The position numbers and the translations under genes are program-made. DNA of 64,000 bases, from NCBI RefSeq assembly GCF_011386835.1, contig NC_088794.1, positions 16,616,001 through 16,680,000 of the forward strand, in the 5' to 3' direction. Below, one piece after another: positions 39,866-50,828 of the stretch (positions within the stretch are counted from its first letter, which is position 1; every line of letters starts with the position of its first letter). This DNA comes from Chrysemys picta bellii. Lineage: Eukaryota. Below the pieces are notes generated by a model that was not told the origin of the DNA, made no database searches, and saw only the letters and a program-made list of their open reading frames with translations.

Positions 39866-40540
39866 GCAAGATTGCAGCAACACTGAGGAGCAATCTCCCA
39901 GTCACAGCCACCTTGCCCCTGCCCTGTCTGAGACAGGGGCACAGCGCTTTCTCAGCCTGTCATGATTCCCCATCTCCCACAGACTGCCCATGCTAGAACA
40001 GCAGCGCTCTCTTCTTGCTGCTCCTGCCTTCATGGAGAAGCAGCAGCAAAATGCTGCTCCGGGGAGAAAGTTCCGTCGAGTTGAAAGGGGAAGAGAGAGC
40101 AAAGCGTGGCAAATTTCGGCACACAGCGGAGACACTTCAGCCTCTGTTCTCCAAAGGCAGCGTCTCTATAGGAAACCCATTTTGATGTGTAGTGATAATG
40201 GCTTTCACATTAAGGCTCTTTGCTAGCATGTTTGTATTTTGTTAAGCCTCCTAGCATCAGCTGCGCGTTTTGTCTACAGATTTTTTTTTTCTTTAAATCC
40301 TTTTTATTCGCTAGTGAGTCTAGCATGGGTGAGAGCTGCTCAAATGATCACTTCAGACACTGAAGACTTCTGTTTATCTAAGTACGAGCAGTGGTAGTAC
40401 AAGCTTTCCCCACAATCTCCTGGCCAATATATCTTCAACCTTGCTCTGGTAGGGAGTTCGGTATCTATGCACCATCCGCCCTTGGCCTTTCCATTGGGAC
40501 TGACCAGCGGGGACCAGTTAGTTACTGCAGCAGAGTTTTC

Positions 40541-40632
40541 CATTATATAATATATTTATATATCCCATGCCATCTATCCATCCACTTCATTATATAATAT
40601 ATTTGTATATCCCATGCCATCTATCCATCCAC
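40541..40632. repeat. 47-bp tandem duplication (2 copies)
   Basis: CATTATATAATATATTT(A/G)TATATCCCATGCCATCTATCCATCCAC at 40541 and 40588. Confidence 0.9.
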
Positions 40633-41083
40633 GTACCTACCTAGTGCTTAATCTGCTTTTCACAGTTGATCCTCTTTGTTCACCTTTCTCACTCCCGTCC
40701 ACCCGGTCAGTGAGACTAGGCTGTTCACTTTTAGTCTCTCTGGTTACCCAGGCTTTAGCAAACTGCTCTGGTGTTTTTGTTTTTTTAACACCACAGTGGG
40801 AATGACTCCCGGCAGCATCCCTTTTGAGGCATTGCTAAGGATCCATGCTGGCTGAGGTGGCTTTGAAAACCTTGGCTCACTGCCTATTGAATCCTCTGGT
40901 GTGACAAAGAATGATCTGGTTCCTGTTTCCAGTACATGTTACCCATTGCCACTGTCCTGGTGAAATCAGGTATTGCATGTGACCCAGGGAGATTTGTGTC
41001 ATGCAACCAAGGGCAGGATCAAGATCTTCCTTTTGTGACACCAGCAGGCCGGACGACTGCAGGAGGGTCTGGGGAAACAGATA

Positions 41084-41598
41084 TGTTAGCCCTAGAATAC
41101 TAAAGGCCCTTTTTCCTACAAGCTGGGAAGGGGTTCCTTTAGGTTAGTTAGGGACACCTGAGTCCAATTAAGGGCTGCCTGAAACCTGTTAAAACCTCTC
41201 TCCTGGGGAGGGGGGACAAACTGGTGGCAGCAGGGAGATAGGCTTCTCCAGCATGAGAGACTGCGCTCCTTCCCATAGGGGAGACACCCCAAACCCAGTG
41301 CCTGTTTAGGGGAAGGACTGACACCCCGGGGCCAGTGGCAGGACAACCCCTGCCCCAGTGAGGGGGGGCAGGGAAAGGTATTTCCCCTTTTGTTTCGATG
41401 TGTTATAGACTTGTTTCCCTTTGTTTGCCAGAGGAGCACTCCTCAGGCCTGCCCCGACGCCTACCGGGCAGGCGCTGAGAAACAAACCACGAAGAGGAAA
41501 GACAGACACGCTCCAGAGTGGGGCTGATTTACCCCAGGCCCTGTTCCTGCCAGAGGATGTAGCGCTAAGTCCAGCCAGGCAGAAGGGGCCTTGCCACA
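41084..41598. mobile_element. LTR-like fragment (possible Gypsy/ERV solo LTR)
   Basis: TG...CA boundaries (TGTTAG...GCCACA); resembles turtle LTR motifs (GGACACCTGAGTCCAATTAAGGG); no TSD found. Confidence 0.4.
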
Positions 41599-42190
41599 CT
41601 TTCTTTCCTGCCTCTCTCCACGCCCACCATCCTGAGCTGCCATCCTGATCCATGACGTTTCTATTGAGTATCTCATGTTCACATTCTAAATGCTATGATT
41701 TTTTACCCCTTCCCTGCCTGAGAGCCCATCCTCAGGTACTGATCTGGACTAGGTGAAGAATACTGTATCCATACAATTCAGTTCCACTAACCTTCTTTCA
41801 TCAGTATAAGGAGTAAACTTACCTTCTACGCAAAGGCCTGTGTCTGTCATCTCCTAATGGGTCTCTCCACTTCTGATTAAACAGGAACCCACAATGTGAG
41901 CTGTTCCTTAATGAACTCATTCATTACTCTGAGGACTTCACACTTACTTTGCTTCAGGCTAATATATTTGCCATTAGTGCTCTGCATTGCTCTGGAGTTT
42001 ACAGCTTGTAATAATTATGTCTAATTTTGATTTTTTTTTAATTATTACATGGGGGAAAAATAGTAATTAGCTTCTTCGAAAGGGGAGAGCAGCAGACGTC
42101 AAAATAAAGGGAGAAAGGGAACCATCCAGCTGAGTCAGTCACTGCTGAGTCTACCTACTTGGGTCTCATTTGTGGGTTTTATATTTTCAG

Positions 42191-42308
42191 AATTGTGTGT
42201 GAGATGGGGCAGGCACTCCCAGGGATCAGTTCCGGTCCAGTGCGCCTCTGCATCGGAGAGTGCAAACCTGAGTTCATGGCCACATCCTCACAACAGTACA
42301 TGTTTGTG
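42191..42308 (+). CDS. PLXNA2: Plexin-A2 coding exon i (118 nt)
   Basis: TTTCAG acceptor; (Q)[39 protein letters not shown]; donor GTG|GTGAG. Confidence 0.97.
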
Positions 42309-42791
42309 GTGAGTACCTGGGCAAAACCAGTGGGAGGGATGGGCGAGCCAAAGCATCTTTTCTGATTTTGGCTGATACACATACTAGGAGTGTGCTTTTG
42401 ATGGACTTGTGGCTTGGGTGTGAGATGGGAAGCCAGGAAGTCCCGAGTTCAAATTATGACTCTAACACTGACTTCTCTGTGATGTTGTACAAGCACCTAA
42501 TCAAGCAGTCTGATTTTTTCAGACATGCTGAGCCTCTGTGGCTTCCACTGGCCTAAGTTTATGTCCCCAGACTTCTGTTTTATTTTCCCTGCATGTTAAA
42601 TGGTGATACTATTTACCTGCTTCACAGAATTGTTGAGCTCAATTAGGTCCTGTTTGTAAAGTATCTTGAGATCCTCTGAGCAGAAGCACTATGTTAATGT
42701 AAAGTATCAGAGGGGTAGCCGTGTTAGTCTGAATCTGTAAAAAGCAACAGAGGGTCCTGTGGCACCTTTGAGACTAACAGAAGTACTGGGA

Positions 42792-42832
42792 GCATAAGCT
42801 TTCGTGGGTAAGAACCTCACTTCTTCAGATGC
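42792..42832 (-). ncRNA. Minimal type-I hammerhead ribozyme motif (antisense to gene)
   Basis: Exact reverse complement of 43085-43125. Confidence 0.68.
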
Positions 42833-43084
42833 AAGTAATGGAAATCTCCAGAGGCAGGTATATATCAGTGTGGAGATAACGAGGTTAGTTCAATCAGGGA
42901 GGGTGAGGTGCTCTGCTAGCAGTTGAGGTGTGAACACCAAGGGAGCTATCCAACTACAGAAACAGTTTCTCCTCCCTTGGTGTTCACACCTCAACTGCTA
43001 GCAGAGCACCTCACCCTCCCTGATTGAACTAACCTCGTTATCTCCACACTGATATATACCTGCCTCTGGAGATTTCCATTACTT

Positions 43085-43125
43085 GCATCTGAAGAAGTGA
43101 GGTTCTTACCCACGAAAGCTTATGC
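43085..43125 (+). ncRNA. Minimal type-I hammerhead ribozyme motif (sense to PLXNA2 pre-mRNA)
   Basis: GCAU-CUGAAGA-A-GUGAG(GUUCUUA)CCCAC-GAAA-GC-UU^AUGC; one A.C mismatch in stem II. Confidence 0.68.
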
Positions 43126-43352
43126 TCCCAGTACTTCTGTTAGTCTCAAAGGTGCCACAGGACCCTCTGTTGCTATGTTAATGTAAGTTCATCCTGTAGC
43201 TAGGTACTATCCTGCCATGGAACTGGTGTCATGTTGTTCACAATTTTCCTCTTTCTCGGGAGGGGAAGAATAATGAAGACATGTTACTTTTGTATTTAAT
43301 TTACTGGGATAAATCTATTGTGTTGCTTCTTGCTGCTCTCCACTGTACGTAT

Positions 43353-44378
43353 TCAGAATCATAAAAGATTAAAGTTGGAAGAGACCTCAGGAGGTCATCT
43401 AGTCCAGCCCCCTGCTCAAAGCAGGACCTACACCAACTAAATCATCCCAAGCAGGGCTTTGTCAAGCCGGGCCTTAAAAACCTCTAAGGATGGAGATTCC
43501 ACCACCTCCCTAGGTAACCCATTCCAGTGCTTCACCACCCTCCTAGTGAAATAGTGTTCCCTAATATCCAACCTAGACCTCCACCAGTGCAACTTGAGAC
43601 CATTGCTCCTTGTTCTGTCATCTGGTACCACTGAGAACAGCTGAGCTCCATCCTCTTTGGAACCCCCCTTCAGGTAGTTGAAGGCTGCTGTCAAATCCCC
43701 ACTCACTCTTCTCTTCTGCACACTAAATAACCCCAGTTCCCTCAGCCTCTCCTCACAAGTCATGTGCCCTAGCCCCTTGATCAATTTCATTGCCCTCGGA
43801 TGGACCTCTCTCCAATTTGTCCACATCCTTTCTGTAGCGGGGGGGCCTAAAACTGGACGCAGTACTCCAGATGTGGCCTCACCAGTGCTGAATAGAGGGG
43901 AATAATCACTTCCCTCGATCTGCTGGCAATGCTCCTACTAATGCAGCCCAATATGCCATTAGCCTTCTTGGCAACAAGGGCACACTGCTGACTCATATCC
44001 AGCTTCTCATCCACTGTAATCCCAAGGTTTTTTTCTGCAGAACTGCTGCTTAGCCAGTCGGTCCCCAGCCTGTAGCTGTACATGGGATTCTTTTGTCCTA
44101 AGTGCAGGACTCTGCACTTGTCCTTGTTGAACCTCATCAGATTTCTTTTGGCCCAATCCTCCAATTTGTCTAGGTCACTCTGGACCCTATCCCTCCCCTC
44201 CAGCGTATCTACCTCTCCCCCCAGCTTAGTGTCATCTGCAAACTTGCTGAGGGTGCAATCCATCCTATCATCCAGATCATTAATAAAGATGTTGAACAGG
44301 ACCGGCCCCAGGACCAACCCCTGGGGTACTCTGCTTGATACCGGCTGCCAACTAGACATCAAGCTGTTGATCACTACC
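43353..44378 (-). mobile_element. CR1 LINE 3' fragment (about 1 kb, 5'-truncated, antisense to gene)
   Basis: RT motifs [19 protein letters not shown] and FADDTKL (ORF 43847-44374), C-terminal [10 protein letters not shown] and [12 protein letters not shown] (43437-43826), and an ATGATTCT-type tail; frameshifted. Confidence 0.95.
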
Positions 44379-44409
44379 TGGGGACCACCCAGGGATCACC
44401 TTTGTCAAA

Positions 44410-44655
44410 CTAAGATACCGAAGGCCCGATCGAGCCATTTTTTATCATTCGCACATGAATACTAAACATATCTGACTTACTGTCGGTCTCTACATATTTA
44501 AATTTCTCCTGCAACCTACCTTGGGAATGGAGTAATTCTGCATCCCGATATCGAATGACTTCCTCTAAGGATGCTAATTCACTGTCGATTCCATCCATGC
44601 ACTTAATCAAGAGCTGCTCTTTGGGGTAGTGGATTTCCGTTTGTTGAGTGATCAT
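44410..44655 (-). other. Orphan 81-codon ORF of apparently foreign composition with a Shine-Dalgarno-like site
   Basis: ATG..TAG, in-frame TAA just upstream, TAAAGGA ending 8 nt before ATG, 9 CpG in 246 nt (about 10 expected), 13 D/E residues; no homolog recognised. Confidence 0.4.
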
Positions 44656-45655
44656 TGCGTCTTTCCTTTATTTAATTAGCAGCCTTTTGATTCATAAACT
44701 TGCGAGACACAGCTGGGGCTTTTTGTATCTCCATTTTTGCCTTCACAGGGCACTTTATCCAACCACATTGATTTTATGCTGAGTGGAATCTGTGCATGCA
44801 GCGAAATGCTAGCACTTACCAATTGTCCACAATTTGTAAACTAAATGATAGATAAATGAGGCCAGCTCCTGCTATCTCTCAGTGTTATGAGCACCACATT
44901 GCCCTGGATTGTATTTATTCAACCACGTTGCACTGGTGCAAAATATTAATGTGCTACCGGCCTGGTGAAGGAGAGAGTCTGAACATCAGTGTAACCAGAG
45001 AAGGCAATGAGGAGGGCAGTCTGCTCCGTTCCTGTAGCACCTGTTACCTGAGGGTCTTAAAGCACTTCACAAATGTTAATTAAAACTCATCAGTCCATGT
45101 TTACAAACTTTAAAAACACAAGACATGTCTTTAGTGTTGTGATAATAAAATCAGGGTTCCATTCTATCAAAAGAAGCACATTTTAAAATCCTCCATTTTA
45201 TAGACAGGGAAACTTGAATTCAAGGCTCCAGTTCAGCAAAGCACTTAAGCATATGTTAAAATTTAAGCCTGTGCTTAATCCCTTTACTGAATAAAGACGG
45301 GCTTTAAACACGTTTGCCCATTACCTGATTAAATTTTGTATGAATATGTTGCTAATGAAGGGAGCCAAGCTCTCAGCTGGGGTCAGCTAAGCCTACTGTG
45401 TATGCACAGGGCACTTGTAACATGAGATGCACCAACACAACCTTTCCCAATGGTGCGGCAGAACCTAGAGGCACAAGCTCTAAGGTGAGAGGGAAGTTCA
45501 GTCTCCATTGCCCACTGAGTCCTTGGCCTCTCTCCCGTGACTGCCAACAATAGGTCTCGCATATTGCCAGGTGTGGCAGTAGTTGCTGTGATGTGGACAC
45601 CAGCCTACTGGGAATAGAGCTGACACCCTTCCCACAGGCCACTAACAGCCACTAG

Positions 45656-45954
45656 CAGGGGCGGCTCCAGGCACCAGAGCAGCAAGCGCGTGCCTGGGGC
45701 GGCAAGCTGCGGGGGGCGGCCTGCCGGTCCCTGTGAGGGCAGGAGTCTGCCTTTGGTAGCATGCCTGCGGGAGGTCCGCCGGTTCTGCGGATTCGGTAGC
45801 AATTCGGCGGTGGGTACGTCAAAGCCGCGGGACCGGCAGACCTCCCGCAGAAACGCCGCCGAATCGGCGTGACCAGCGGACCACCCGCAGGCGCGCCGCC
45901 GAAAGCCGCCTGACTGCTGTGCGTGGGGCAGCAAAACACATAGAGCCGCCCCTG
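45656..45954. mobile_element. hAT MITE (CAGGGGCGGCTC variant)
   Basis: TIRs CAGGGGCGGCTC / GAGCCGCCCCTG; near-TSD CCACTAG / CCACCAG; CpG-rich. Confidence 0.8.
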
Positions 45955-48723
45955 CCACCAGATAGTATTCTGTATCAGGGACCTGGGCTGGATGATCTGG
46001 CAGCCTTGAAGTGAAAAGCCCTGTGTCCTTTTCCCATTCTCCTTAGCCATGCAGATCCCTGCTCCCAGGCAGTTCTTTGGGTTATCCTGAATATTCCAGT
46101 TTCCAGTGTAACAGGCAATGGGCGTCTTATTGGTCTTTCTCAGATTGCCAGTTTTTAAAGGAAAATTTCCTAGCCATACAGAAGGAACTCTCTTGTGGTT
46201 TGTGTTAAATAATAACCAGGGCCCAGCTGAAAGTAATTGCAAAAATTAATCTTGGAGTAATACCTTGCAGCAACCTGTTAAACATATGCTGAGCATTATT
46301 GCTCCTTGCATTGTCCCTTTTTTTTCCAGCACTTCCTTTATTATCATTTCTTTTTCTCAGGCATCAAAACCTTCAAGTAAATAATTTCCTTTTGCTATTT
46401 GGGGTTTTTTCCCACCCCATAGCACAGCCACAAACTCTGTTAAATACAGTAATAAAATTGATTGGTACCTTAAAACAGAGTTCTGTTCCGACTCTGAGAG
46501 GGTTCATGCCTTAATGAGCTCATTAGGGGACTGATACGCTGCAGGATCTATGCTGTCAACTTAGTGACGCCCATTTTACCTGGAGAGGTGGATCTGTAAA
46601 TCTGTAAATCTGCCATAATTTACATAGAATCATACAAGATAGAAATGGGGAAATCCTATTTGGTTGCCTAATTGCAGCCCTGGTATTTTGGCTGGGGGAG
46701 GTTATAGAATTTTTTTGTTAATGTCCCTAGCACCTGCTCTTCCCCCTTTCATTTGTTTAAGAGAATGACCTTTTGAAGGTAGAGTCTACACTCTGTTCAA
46801 GGTGCTACCTCTTGGAAGCTTCCTGAATTTTCAAAGACACCTTTTACCCTGTCTTGTAATGCTTGAACAAGGCAACACCCAAAACAATTAAAAGGTGACC
46901 CATTTAAAACTGATACAGGGTTTTGTTTGTTTTTTTAACATAATGCATAGCTAGTCTGTGGAACTCCTTGCCACAATTTACTGATGCCAAGTGCTTGGTA
47001 GGATTCATAAAGGGTTTATATATGTAGAAGAGTGACCACAATGAGAGAACATTACAGTAATTAGAATATAAAGCACACACCGGATAAGTAATTTTTCATG
47101 AATTTGGGGTTGTATAGCTAAAGTACACCCACTCCGGAGTTCTTAAATTTAAGCTTTATTAATCAAGAGAATTTTAAAGATTAAAAACAGAGCAATTGCA
47201 GAAAGTAAAATAAAGGTGGTTTTATGGTAGTGCTTAAAAAGCTTAACAGAACGAATTCAACACAAAGTGCTTACTTTATCTAGAAATAATAATTCCCAAA
47301 TTACAATAATTAAAATTCTTATCAGCCAGTGACAAATTAATTCTACCATTACTGTACTATTCTGGGAAGTTGATCTTGCTATCAGCATGGAACAGTGTAT
47401 CCTTACAGGTCCGTATTAATTTGCCAGTCAAGTTTTAGCTCAGTTAAGTTCTGGGACTGTCCATGAAAGTTTAACTGAAAGCCACTCTGAATTTGGAAAT
47501 TTAAACAATTGCTTAACTGCTGGCATGTCCATTCAGTTCTGAATTGCTTCTCTTTGCTGTATCCGAGGTTCAGGTTTATAATCCACTGATAAACATCATG
47601 TTGTTTTTAATATTCAAACCATATTGTATTGGTGTTGTCATTAGATAAGGTAAAAATTGGGTCAGAGAGAGAAGCCAACCATGAACTGCTTGAGAAGAAG
47701 TCTTCCCCTCTTGGCATGTTATTCCATATTTGTCCATTCTGAGGTTCCTTGTGCTTCCCAATGGACCATCCACTACCAACCATTTTCAGAGCCAGTTTAC
47801 TGCCCTAGATGGATTGCTGGTCTAATCCAGTCTGTCAATTCCTTTGATACCTGTAAGCATATGCTGAGGTTTGAAAGCAATGGAGAAAACAGCACCAACT
47901 CAATGTGCTGACTCTCTACTATGAAGCAGGTAGTACCCAGGGACTGGAGATGGGATGCTGCCAGTTTGCAGATGAGTCCTAAAATGGTAATGTGGAAGCA
48001 TTAGTGAAAAAATGTGGTTATATCCATTGATTGAAAACAAAAAAGTACCTGCTTTCTGCAGATTCTCTTAAAAGGAATAAGTAGCCTTCACTGATGCAAG
48101 CAGTATAAAAACTGGCATTGTTCCAATAGAAACAGGGATGTCAAAGAGGATATAGGACTGTAAACTCCCCGGGATGCCCAGATAACTTTTTCTGTCACTG
48201 ATGGGAGATAGACCCTCCAACCACAATATTCTCGTTATTGGTTTGTGTGTATTATGGACAGAGCTGATAGTGCTGCATATAGTTAAGGTTGCCCAACACT
48301 TCCCATTATAAGACTCGGTTTTCTGTTGATTATAACGTTGCCAAATCCTAACCATCTGGAGTAAAGACTTGACATTTGGCAGGAAGGTTGCCCTGTTAGG
48401 AGTTGGCCTTTTGCTCTTTCTCTGTGGGGGAAAAACACCCATATTTAGCTGAGTTATAAACCTTTGGAAAAAAAATCCTAGTTTGGACATGCTCAGTTGA
48501 GACTTGTTAGAATTTGGCGGCTGAATTGGGTTGTGAAGGCTGAGGTGAGTTTCCCTGCATATGCTATTCCCAGCTACTCAGGGCGGCTGTGGCACCAGGC
48601 CTATGAACTGAGAATAAGGAGACTCTCTCTGATGTGCCTCAATATTCCCTCAGGCATGATCTGATCCTGGCTTGATCCCAGCAGACAAAAGCAGTGACCT
48701 TCTTCTTTCCTTTCCTTCTCAAG

Positions 48724-48860
48724 AATCCAGCGGTGAGCTCCCTGAGCCCTAGCCGCGGCCCAGAGTCTGGAGGGACCATGATGACCATCAGTGGCCACTA
48801 CCTGGGAGCCGGCAGCAGCGTGTCTGTGTTCCTGGGAAACCAGACCTGCGAATTCTATGG
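48724..48860 (+). CDS. PLXNA2: Plexin-A2 coding exon j (137 nt, IPT domain)
   Basis: Long pyrimidine tract plus CAAG acceptor; [45 protein letters not shown](G); donor GG|GTAAG. Confidence 0.96.
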
Positions 48861-50001
48861 GTAAGAAGGGGCAGAGCGTGTCTGTGTTGTGATCCCTTCA
48901 CCCCACCCTAGTGCAGCTTCTAAACTATTCCAAGCTGCAAACTCCCGTCCTCTCATTAATCCCATGATGTCATCTTGTCCGTGAGAGCGGCTGACTCTGC
49001 CATTGCAATGAGTTGATTCGATGTATATTAATTTTATCCCCTTACGTCATTTGCATATTAAAATGATGTCCCCTCCAAAAATCCCAAACAAACATCACAG
49101 CAATTGTAGAATCCCTTTTAATAGTCCTCAAGCCAGCCCGTCCTGAGCAGCTGTAATCCCGCCCAAACATACTATCCATTCCATACGACAACAGCAGACT
49201 CTGCATACATGACTGCATAGTGTACATGGAATATATATGCACTGGAACGGGGCATGCTCTTCATATCTCTTGTACAGCACAGGTAGGATTTTCAGAAGTG
49301 CTCAGCATTAACCTGACTAACCCCACTGGGAGAGGAGTCAGTCCAACGCTGAGTGCTTTTGAATATTCCACCCAGGGTGTATAAGATTATAGGGTGAGAG
49401 AGGGGGGAATGGAGGAAGAATCTGCTCTTTCAGGAAAATGTTCTGTTTGGGGTCATGAAATCAGGCCAACTGCCCACAAATGCCACCTGATGAAGGAGCT
49501 CATCCGCTTAGAGGCTCCTCCAGGGCAGTGGGGATGTGTCCCTTCTGCGCCCACTGAGGGAGCACAAGGGTCCATCTAGGGCAGTGCTCCACCGCCGGCT
49601 GTACCAGCAGAAAGCAAGCGTCTGTCTATTATTATTATTATTCGTATTGTTCACCCAAAGGCCCTGGTCAGGGTCAGGGCCCCATTGTGCAATCACACGT
49701 AGGAAGGAACAGTCCCTGCCCCATAGATCTTCGATATAAACTCTAATCCAATATCCTACTTCCTGCCAGGCCAGATTAGAACAAGTCCAATAATCCAACT
49801 CTTTCCATATTGGACAGCACATCTCAGAGAGATTGTGGCTGAGTGTTTAGAATGGTGCTTTTTATCAGGACTGTTGACATCTGTTCCCAGTTCTGCTGAT
49901 TCATCCTGACCTTGGGAGAGTCACCTTCTCTGTGCCTCGGTTTCCCCATCTCTCTAACGGATAACACTATTGCTTAACTAGAGTACCACACTTCATGGGG
50001 T

Positions 50002-50828
50002 CAGGGCCGGCTCTAGGTTTTTTGCCGCCCCAAGCAAAAAAAAAAAATTTTGGCTGCCCACCACCCCAGCCCTGGGCTCTTCCCCCCACCCGTACCCCCT
50101 GCCACCCCAACTCTGGGCTCTCCCCCCCCCCACCCACCTGCACCCCCTGCCGCTCCAGTGCTGGGCTTCCCCCCACCAGCGCTGACTCCGCCCGCTCCCC
50201 CCTCGCCTCCAGCCGGTCCAGCACTGGCAGGGTTGGGGTAAGCAGTGGGGCTCCCGGGCCGCGCTTCAGCCCAGGGTCCCTCCAGCCAGGGCTCCCACCT
50301 CCAGGATCGGCCGGGACCAGGGAGGATCGAGCCAGGGGACCGTCCCAGCAGGGGTTGAGGAGCCAGGACAGGGAAGCCCCGAGGGAGCGGAGCCCCGGAG
50401 AGCGGGACGTGGGCCCCGCACGGCAGCACCCTGCCTTCTATAGCCCCACTGCTGCTCCTGGCCTCTCTGCCACAGTCCCTGGGTGGCTCTGGCCGCTTCG
50501 CCCAGCCCCGGCTGCAGCGCTGGGGGGGCGGCCGCCCTGCGGCTCCTGCAGGCGGTTCCATGTGCCCCGAGGGGCAGCCCCCAGCCCGAGTGTCCCGCAC
50601 TCGGAGCCCGCCCGGCCATAAGGTGCAGGCGCTGCTCCCTGACACGAACCGCAGCGGCCCCAGGGCGCCCCCAGTGCAGGACGCGCTGCTGCTGCCAGGG
50701 CTGGCTCTAGGCTTTTGCCGCCCAAGCGCAAAAAAAAAAAAAAAAAAAAAGGCTGGCAGGAATGCCGCCCCTGAAAATGTGCCGCCCCAAGCACCCGCTT
50801 GGTTTGCTGGTGCCTGGAGCTGGCCCTG
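50002..50828. mobile_element. Composite GC-rich hAT nonautonomous element
   Basis: Perfect 8-bp TSD CATGGGGT (49994-50001, 50829-50836); TIRs CAGGGCCGGCTC / GAGCTGGCCCTG; a second left end at 50696. Confidence 0.88.

Larger units (their letters stand above)
42703..43172 (-). mobile_element. Young Penelope-like fold-back insertion
   Basis: 14-bp TSD CTATGTTAATGTAA (42689-42702, 43173-43186); perfect 203-bp inverted repeat 42743-42945 / 42972-43174 with a 26-nt spacer; about 39-nt unpaired tail GTATCAGAGGGGTAGCCGTGTTAGTC. Confidence 0.88.

Noticed and set aside
44402-44408. TTGACA (-35 box) on the minus strand just after the orphan ORF
   Set aside because: No -10 element at the proper spacing, and it points into CR1 sequence.
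48068-48490. 140-aa minus ORF
   Set aside because: No recognisable motif; overlaps what looks like a decayed interspersed repeat.
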